From a virus (lineage: Duplodnaviria; Caudoviricetes), in IMG/VR virus record IMGVR_UViG_2864522212_000004, positions 32,001 to 96,000 of that record: a DNA stretch of 64,000 bases; one strand, written 5' to 3'. Below, piece after piece: positions 58,001 through 64,000 of this stretch; positions within the stretch are counted from its first letter, which is position 1; each line of letters begins with the position of its first letter. The notes under the pieces were generated by a model. It worked only from the letters and a program-made list of their open reading frames with translations, searched no databases and was not told where the DNA came from. Both the position numbers and the translations under genes were made by a program.

Positions 58001-61000
58001 TGGCGTGCTTCAACGTCCAGCGGTAGGACACGCCCGGGATGGTGGCGATGTCCTGGTAGATGGCGGTGCCCGCCTGTCCCGCGACGAGTTCCGCGTACTG
58101 GTTGCCGGTCTTGGAGTCCTTCTGCAGTTCGACTCCCTGTGCGATCTGCTGCCAGTCGGTTCCCTTGGTCTGGGTCGACTTCCATGCGAATTTGGAGGCG
58201 TCCCATCCCGGGATTGGCGCCCAGGGGTCCTTATCGATGCCGATGTGCCGCGCGTATCTGCCGTTGATCGGGTCGACGACGGTCCAGTCGTCCCACGGGT
58301 ATTTGGTGGAGACACCGGCGATCAGGCCGGCCGGATAGTCGAACGAGCCGTTGACCAGTTCGGTCGGCAGACTGTCGGTCTTGCCGGCGATGGTCTTCAC
58401 CTTGCCATCGGTGGAGGCCTTGATCTGCGACGTGCTCTTCTTGGCCCCGCCGTTCGCGTCGTAGCTGAGCTTGTAGGCGAGGCGGAAGCTCAGGTCGTCG
58501 ATGATGCTGTCATTGGCGGAGGCAGTAAGAGTACCGTCCTTGGCGACGCCCCTGTAGGCGATCATCGTGCGGGATTGTCCGGCTGGGATAATGACCGTGC
58601 CCTCGTAGGATTCCCAGTCGTCGGAATGGTCCCACGGTTCGTGGCTGCCTTCCGTGGCATCCATGGAATCGGAGTGCGTGTAGGCGACGGTTCCCACATC
58701 GCCGGTCTTGTCCCCGTACTTCTGGCCGGTCTTGGAGACCGTGGTGCGGGTCAGCCTGACCGGGGTGAGATGATCCTTGTCGGGGCCGGTGAGCAATGTC
58801 ACGCCGCCCGCGTTGCCTTTGGAGCGGCCGGAGTGGCGGATACTGAACGTGTAGCTGGCTCCGGGCGTCGTGTTCACGGTCTGGGCAACGGTACGGCCCG
58901 CGTGCACGTCGGCGGCCGTGTTCCCGTCCTTCTCCCGGTGCAGTTCGAAGTTCTGGTTGCTGCCGATGGCATCGAGATCCTGCCAGGCGAACGTGGCGGC
59001 GGTCAGGCCGCCGGCCTTCACGCCCGTCTGTCCGGCCATGGCCTGCGCGTAGGAGCGGATCGTGCCCGCATTGGGCTTCACATACACCCAGGGCAGGCCC
59101 TGCCCCTCCTTCGCGATGCTCCACTTCGGGGTGTCGAACCCGCCGTTCACGGCCAGCTCATCACCCGCGGCCCTGGAGGCGATGGTCTCCACCTTGGCGC
59201 CCGGAGCCTTGAACGCGGCCGGCTGCGTGGAATCCGCCTTCGAACTGGAGGACACCTTGCCCTTGTCGTTCTTCTTCAGATCATGCACCGTCAGACCGGA
59301 AACGGTTTTGTCAGCCGCGAGTCCGACACTGCCCGTGGTCTTGGACTTGGCGGGCTGGACGGTGTTCTCCTTGCCGTATTGATTGGATGGCACGCTGCCG
59401 GTCGCGTCCGAAGCATTCTTGTCGTAAGAGAGCTTGTACGCCTTGTCGAAGCTTAGGTCGTCGACACAGTTGCCCTCGGCGGTGAAGTCGAGGCCCTGAC
59501 CGTTGGAGTCCCTGACGCTCCTGAACGTGAAGCGGGTCGTGGTCGAGGTGGCGAGGTAGTCGCCGGTATAGGTCTCCCATCTGCCGTCCTGCGCGGTGCC
59601 GTGCGTGGTGATCGTGGTGCCGACGCTGCCGGTCTTGTCTGACCCGTTGGATGTGGTGCGGGTTGCCTGCTGTGCGACGGTCTTGCCGGGTTCGCCGATC
59701 ATGACCTGCATGCTGTCGTCCTGGTCCGCGTTGCGGGACGCGTGCTTGAGGCTCCACTTGTACACGACGCCGGGCGTGGTGGCGATGTCCTGGTAGATGT
59801 ACTTGCCTCGCTTGGCTGCGGCGATCTCGCCCCACACGTTGCCCGCGTTGGTCGGATACGGGGTGTGGTTGCGGCGCTGCACCTCGACGGTGTCGGCGCC
59901 GGCGGTGTCGTCGTTGGATTTCCAGCCGAATTTGCCGGAATTCCAGTTGTCGAGCTTGCTGTGCAGCGGGTTGCCGATGATGCCGGTCTTCGCGCTGATT
60001 ATGGCGAGGTAGGTTGTGTCGTGACTGCCGTAGACCCTCTGGTTCTCGTTGATGATCTCGTTGCCGCGATAATCGAACGTGCCGTTCACCAGATGGTCCG
60101 GCAGATTCGACGTATTATCCGCCACCGTCTTCACGTTTCCGGTAGTCTTCGATTCGGCGGGCTGGACGGTGTTCTCCTTGCCACGCTGATTCGACGGGAC
60201 CTTGCCGGTCGCGTCGGATGCGTTCTTGTCATAGGTCAACTTGTAGGAACGGGAGAATTCGATGTCGTCCACGAGATTGCCGACGTTGTTGCCGGGCAGG
60301 GTCTCAACATCTTTGAACCCTTCGAGGCTCTTGAACATGAATACCGTGTTCTTCTGTCCTTCGGGCACCTGGTAATAGCCTTCGTACGTCTCCCACTGGC
60401 TGCCATGGTCTCGGGGATCGGTGTTGGATACCTTTGTGGTGATGGTGGTGGACTTCCCGCCCACCTTGTCGCCATGGCCGTTAGAGGTGACGCGGGTCAT
60501 CTCCACAGGCGTCGCGTGGGCCGTGTCGGAGCCCACGAGGACCTGCATCTTGTCGGCATGGGAGGATTGGCGGCTGGCGTGCTTGAGCCGGATCTTGTAC
60601 AGTACTCCGCCGTTGCCGGTGGACACGTTCTGGTAGATGCTGGTGTTGTCCTGTTGGGCGACGATCTCCGCATACGTGTTCTTGGTGTTGCGGTCCTGCT
60701 GCAATTCGACCCTTGAACCGTTCTCGGTACTGGACCATGCGAACCTGGAAGAGTCGAAACCGGGGATCTGCCCGATCTTTCCGTACTTGGAAAGATCGGT
60801 GGTGGACATGTTGTACCAAAGCGTGCCGTCATCCGATTTGAGGAACGTGCGCAGATCGGCATAGGTTCCCTGCTCGTTCTCCTGAATGTCGGAGAACGAG
60901 GGGTAGGAGAAATCGCCATTAGCGAGGGAACCGTACCGGACGTTCTCGTCCGCGACGGTCTTCACGCCGCCCGTGGCACTGGTTTTGGCGGGTTTGACGG

Positions 61001-61886
61001 TGGCGGTGTCGTTCGGGGTCTGGCCGGTCGCCTCGTCGGAGTTCCTGTCGTAGTCGAGTTTGTACGCCTGGGTGAACACGATGTTGTCGAGCAGGTTGCC
61101 GCTGGTCGTGTTCACGCCGGATACCTGCCTGAATGTGAACCGGGTGACGGACTGGCCTGCGGGGATCGTGTAGTAGCCGACGTAGTGGCTGAAGTCGTCC
61201 TTGCTGGACTGGTTGCCGAACGGGTTGGTCGAGTGCGTGGCGATGGTGGTGGACTTCTCGCCGATCTTGTCGCCGTACTTGTTCGAGCTGGTGCGGGTCA
61301 TTTCGACGGGCCGCTCGTGGCCGGGCGCGCCTACCATGACCTGCATCTGGTCAAGGTGGATGCTGTAGCGGCTCGCGTGGTCGAGCTCGATCCTGTAGAG
61401 CGTGCCGGGCGTGGTGGCGATGTCCTGGTAGATCGCGGTGCCTTTCTGGCTTGCGCACAGTTCGCCCATCTGGGTGGTTTCGCCGGTGGCCTTCTGGAGT
61501 TCGACGGCGTTCGCGCGCTGTTCGGACATGGCGCCCTGTGTCTGGGTGCTGGACCAGCCGAATCTGGTCGTGTCCAGTCCGCCGGGGATGTCGGACCATT
61601 TGGCGAGGTCGTCTCCCTGTCCGTTGCTGATCCACTGGCTGCGGTTGCGGTCGATGCCGGTGAAGTAGTGTTGCAGGCTCTTCATGCTCGGGTATTCGAA
61701 GTCGCCGTTGACGAGCTCCCTTGGATACGTCGTGGCGGCCGATGCCGTCAGGCTCGTGATGGTCTTGCCGATATCGGGCATGCGGATCTCGTCCGCGTTC
61801 GCGGTGCCCGCCATCAGGAGCCCGCTGCCCATCAGGGTGCCCGCCGACACGATGCCGGCGACCATCCGTTTCAGCCATGTGCGCAT
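55047..61886 (-). CDS. Giant pilus-associated adhesin: 5 N-terminal repeat domains + Listeria-Bacteroides (InlB B) repeats, LPFTG
   Basis: Signal peptide; (V/A)NGxF...IYQDIAT.PG repeats; GYTFxGW...LYAQW repeats; LPFTG + TM. Confidence 0.9.
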   Translation of the reverse strand: MRTWLKRMVAGIVSAGTLMGSGLLMAGTANADEIRMPDIGKTITSLTASAATTYPRELVNGDFEYPSMKSLQHYFTGIDRNRSQWISNGQGDDLAKWSDIPGGLDTTRFGWSSTQTQGAMSEQRANAVELQKATGETTQMGELCASQKGTAIYQDIATTPGTLYRIELDHASRYSIHLDQMQVMVGAPGHERPVEMTRTSSNKYGDKIGEKSTTIATHSTNPFGNQSSKDDFSHYVGYYTIPAGQSVTRFTFRQVSGVNTTSGNLLDNIVFTQAYKLDYDRNSDEATGQTPNDTATVKPAKTSATGGVKTVADENVRYGSLANGDFSYPSFSDIQENEQGTYADLRTFLKSDDGTLWYNMSTTDLSKYGKIGQIPGFDSSRFAWSSTENGSRVELQQDRNTKNTYAEIVAQQDNTSIYQNVSTGNGGVLYKIRLKHASRQSSHADKMQVLVGSDTAHATPVEMTRVTSNGHGDKVGGKSTTITTKVSNTDPRDHGSQWETYEGYYQVPEGQKNTVFMFKSLEGFKDVETLPGNNVGNLVDDIEFSRSYKLTYDKNASDATGKVPSNQRGKENTVQPAESKTTGNVKTVADNTSNLPDHLVNGTFDYRGNEIINENQRVYGSHDTTYLAIISAKTGIIGNPLHSKLDNWNSGKFGWKSNDDTAGADTVEVQRRNHTPYPTNAGNVWGEIAAAKRGKYIYQDIATTPGVVYKWSLKHASRNADQDDSMQVMIGEPGKTVAQQATRTTSNGSDKTGSVGTTITTHGTAQDGRWETYTGDYLATSTTTRFTFRSVRDSNGQGLDFTAEGNCVDDLSFDKAYKLSYDKNASDATGSVPSNQYGKENTVQPAKSKTTGSVGLAADKTVSGLTVHDLKKNDKGKVSSSSKADSTQPAAFKAPGAKVETIASRAAGDELAVNGGFDTPKWSIAKEGQGLPWVYVKPNAGTIRSYAQAMAGQTGVKAGGLTAATFAWQDLDAIGSNQNFELHREKDGNTAADVHAGRTVAQTVNTTPGASYTFSIRHSGRSKGNAGGVTLLTGPDKDHLTPVRLTRTTVSKTGQKYGDKTGDVGTVAYTHSDSMDATEGSHEPWDHSDDWESYEGTVIIPAGQSRTMIAYRGVAKDGTLTASANDSIIDDLSFRLAYKLSYDANGGAKKSTSQIKASTDGKVKTIAGKTDSLPTELVNGSFDYPAGLIAGVSTKYPWDDWTVVDPINGRYARHIGIDKDPWAPIPGWDASKFAWKSTQTKGTDWQQIAQGVELQKDSKTGNQYAELVAGQAGTAIYQDIATIPGVSYRWTLKHASLDRNHLDGMSVMIGEPGKESAQDARRTTVNGNGDQPGDVGKVISTKVSNDAESNHSSRNHDGQWETYTGTYIATGTVTRFIFKSVSSSNNVNGNILDDLSFTKAYRLGYDGNGGTGQVPSRTETGRTETAASGTDGTVRLAADKSAEPESGTIADDRRVLTDTTARQDDGTSQRTITRSDGSVRVETIADTGAVSGCQVYYPAGTRITLATAKADSDCWDSSQIGKTNRTFYGWSANTDANDRDVPVGDTMDRNTLNANVRTEIVMPARAKTVYALWAINPTLSYNVNTPAGSNAPGTPASQTVPYNTAAADKSGWAAGDTGKIPGYRFDGWYTAPNGGNKYDFNTPLTGNVTVYAHWVGNGYTVRFAGNGATGGGTPDQAFQYNIGQNLHRNGFVRDGYTFTGWKRADNQQAYGDGQWVTNLTTQPNGIVTMVAQWSANEAHIRYNPNPPAGKTTGGQGTPNWDGHTGDTPTIGQNGWTIDGYTFAGWATSPDGSGTKYAPGASWTANGTLTLYAQWTPGQASLTYDGNGATGGKTDPQTGKTDEKINVRDNGFTRDGYTFVTWNTQADCKGNAVKPNSEWTLRGSSTLYACWAGNAQTLTYHGNGATGGNTAAQSGKTGDELTTNANGFTRDGYTFVRWDTAKDGSGTAYGEGKNGVSQYVMKPAGNDLYAIWKANPATIQYRNDWPNTTGSTPDTTGNTGDTVTISQNSFDRPGYTFTGWSTSKRGDPSLQPGDKHTLEPRTTTVWAQWKADPAHLVYNSNIGTVGSETKTVDGVVDQTVKTITNPFDRPGYTFSGWNTQADGKGKAYATGADYVLTANDKSTPKNTSVLYAQWKINGASLKFNPNGGIGHVDDVTGDAFSTVTIPGDAKEPKITRPGYRFVGWSTEKNPPAGSTFLQPGEGKVTLPAEGSTTVYAQWEPSLTTLPFTGGQAQVPTIWLYAGFALMLIALGVMMPMLRMRMAATKRTGKHMPITGGKHAK

Positions 61887-62060
61887 TATCGGTTTTCCTT
61901 CCCCATCCCTCGCAATGTCTTCCGACGGATGAGCCAAGACCCGTACGAACCCCTCGTGGCGGGCCGGATAAAAAAGAATCATTCGGTGATGAGAGGCCGA
62001 TAGGGGACGCGACCCCGCCCCCTATCGGCGGAACCCCGGCCTGGAGGGCCGGGACATGTG

Positions 62061-63848
62061 TCAGGCGGCCGGATTGCCACCGTCATGCGTGAGCGTCAGC
62101 GCGTCGCGGCGGTTGCGCGCGCCGCGCACGGCTATCATGCCGCCGATCGCGAACAGGGGCATGGCGCAGGCCAGCCAGAACGCGAACGCGAGCACGCCGC
62201 CCGTCTGCGGCAGTTGGGTCAGGTTCGCGACGTTCTTGACCTGGACGGTGTTGTTGTCCAGCCTGCTGGTCAGGTTCGGCACGGTGCCGGTGCCCCTGTA
62301 CTGGATGCTGGTGCCCGCGTCGTCGATGGTGACGGTGAACGTCGGTTTCGCGTAGCTGGCGTAGCCGGCCGGCTCCCGGGTTTCGGTGACCGTGTACGTG
62401 CCGTAGCCGAGGCCCTTGAACCGGATGAGGCCCCTCTGGCTCGCGTCATCCCTGTTGTTTACCGTCCCGTCATGGTTCGTGTCGCCGGTCACGAACACGG
62501 TGGCGGAACCCTGGTTGGCCGCATCCGACCATTTGCCGGTGTTCCAGTCGAGATTCATCCACTTGCCGTTGCGCTGGATCTGGAACTGGGCGCCGTCGAG
62601 CAGCGTGTTCACGTTGCCCGCGTCCACCTTCCGCAGGGTGAAGTCGTAGGCCTTGATGTCGGCCTTGTCCTGGTCGGTGATGGTCGTGAAGTGGATGCCG
62701 TCGGTGAACGTGCCGTACGTGTGGATGGTGTTGTTGGCCGGGTCGGTGACGCTGGCCTTGTCGACGGTCATGCGGTAGGTGATGACGATCGTCCTGTTGG
62801 AGTATTTGTCGAGAAGTTTCTTGCCGTCGATGCCCCAGCCGCCGGCCGGGATCGCGAGATCCGGGTCTGCGGGCCGGTTGTCGGCGGTCTTCAGGGTCGG
62901 GTCGCCGGGGATGCTTTTCGCGTTGTTCTGCGTGGTCCCGTCGTAGATGACCGCGTCGGCCGTGATGTCGGTCTGCGGCGCGTTCTTCAGCCGGACGCTC
63001 AGCGAGCCCTTCACGTACGTCTGGCCCTTCGGCTGGTCGACGAGCTTGAACTTGACGGCGGATGCGGCCTGCTTGTTCGGCACGGTCACCTCGACCGTGT
63101 TGGTGACGGTGTCGCCGACGGTCACGCCGACCGGATCGTTGGTGGTGCCGTCCTTGCCTACCGTGGCGCCGTTGCGCTGCACCTGGACCTTCTTGTCGAC
63201 CCTCACGCTTTTCGCCTTGATGACCGCGGTGCCGAGGGTCCGCCACTGCGGGTCCTTCGCGTCGTTCTTCATGATGTTCGCGTTGCCGGATTTCGTGCCG
63301 ATCATGATCGGGTTGCCCGCGGAATCCGTGATGTAGTAGAAGCCTTCGGCGGGCACGTTGATGGTCAGCGTGTTCCGGGTGGTCGTCAGGTTCGCTCCGC
63401 CCTGGATGGCGGCCGGCTTCCGAGTGGACTGGGACAGGGCCTTGCTGATGTTGCGCAATTGACTGGTCTGGGAGTCCATCTTGATGTTGGCGATGTTGCC
63501 CGCGTCATCGTAGCCGTACACCTTGGCGATGTCGTCGCCCGTGCCCGGATCGTACGCGTTGGCGATGCCGATCGCGTCGGCCGCCCACGCGTTCGACGCC
63601 GTGGTGCCGCGCACGCCGAGACTGCTGATCTGCGTGCCGTTCAGGATCTGGTCCGTGTACGTGCCGATCTGGTACACGTTGAACGTGTGGCCGGCCAGCG
63701 AATTGCCGTCCGCGCCGTTCAGGGTGATGGTCGCACCCGCCGCCATCGCGGATGGGGCCAGCGCCAGGCCGGCCAGCATGCTCGCGGTCGCGCAGGCCAT
63801 TGCCGTCACGATCATTGGCATGCGCCGTGTCGTTTGGTTGTCTCTCAT
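62061..63848 (-). CDS. Major (backbone) pilin, SpaH/FimA-like
   Basis: Signal peptide; VxVGDTV D2 motif; E-box YTVTETREPAGY; LPQTGG + TM. Confidence 0.92.
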   Translation of the reverse strand: MRDNQTTRRMPMIVTAMACATASMLAGLALAPSAMAAGATITLNGADGNSLAGHTFNVYQIGTYTDQILNGTQISSLGVRGTTASNAWAADAIGIANAYDPGTGDDIAKVYGYDDAGNIANIKMDSQTSQLRNISKALSQSTRKPAAIQGGANLTTTRNTLTINVPAEGFYYITDSAGNPIMIGTKSGNANIMKNDAKDPQWRTLGTAVIKAKSVRVDKKVQVQRNGATVGKDGTTNDPVGVTVGDTVTNTVEVTVPNKQAASAVKFKLVDQPKGQTYVKGSLSVRLKNAPQTDITADAVIYDGTTQNNAKSIPGDPTLKTADNRPADPDLAIPAGGWGIDGKKLLDKYSNRTIVITYRMTVDKASVTDPANNTIHTYGTFTDGIHFTTITDQDKADIKAYDFTLRKVDAGNVNTLLDGAQFQIQRNGKWMNLDWNTGKWSDAANQGSATVFVTGDTNHDGTVNNRDDASQRGLIRFKGLGYGTYTVTETREPAGYASYAKPTFTVTIDDAGTSIQYRGTGTVPNLTSRLDNNTVQVKNVANLTQLPQTGGVLAFAFWLACAMPLFAIGGMIAVRGARNRRDALTLTHDGGNPAA

Positions 63849-64000
63849 TCCAGTGTTTTCCTTTCCTTGTTTGCACGTCCTGTCGAGGACGGGAAGCGAC
63901 CCCACCGGTAGATGCGGCATGGTTGGCGTCCAACGGGTCGAATCCGGCGACTTTCACCGCGGACGGCCTGTATTTGCCCGGCTTCAGACCGAACTCGCTT

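Overview
High-GC, actinobacterial-type DNA that reads as a slice of a large conjugative element. The pilus, sortase and LAxTG gene content suggests a Bifidobacterium megaplasmid; that host assignment is inference. No rRNA, tRNA or CRISPR array was seen. The left ~50 kb is a mosaic accessory/establishment region. It holds many small coupled hypothetical genes, Lar-like and MazG-like proteins, two tandem ATP-grasp enzymes, a metallophosphoesterase, ssb, an orphan DNA methyltransferase, four complete type II toxin-antitoxin pairs plus an orphan HigA, three IS200/IS605-family elements, one IS607, an IS5 remnant and an MmeI-like remnant. It also carries CHAP and NlpC/P60 hydrolases, a class E sortase and a dif-like XerCD site. 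The right ~13 kb encodes a sortase-dependent pilus. Two LASTG surface proteins lie at 45.3-48.3 kb and 51.0-54.0 kb. The most notable unexplained structure: (1) four otherwise unrelated proteins share a basic ~40-aa N-terminal leader (KSAQA..RR..DGRFADE...P), one of them carrying an LPD28-like domain; (2) a 24-bp promoter+operator motif (TGTTATACTGAATATGTCCACATA) occurs 8 times in front of accessory operons and ssb; (3) a TnpB element inserted in the second codon of an ATP-grasp gene and reads through in frame, giving a TnpB-ATP-grasp fusion; (4) two miniature IS605-end derivatives.
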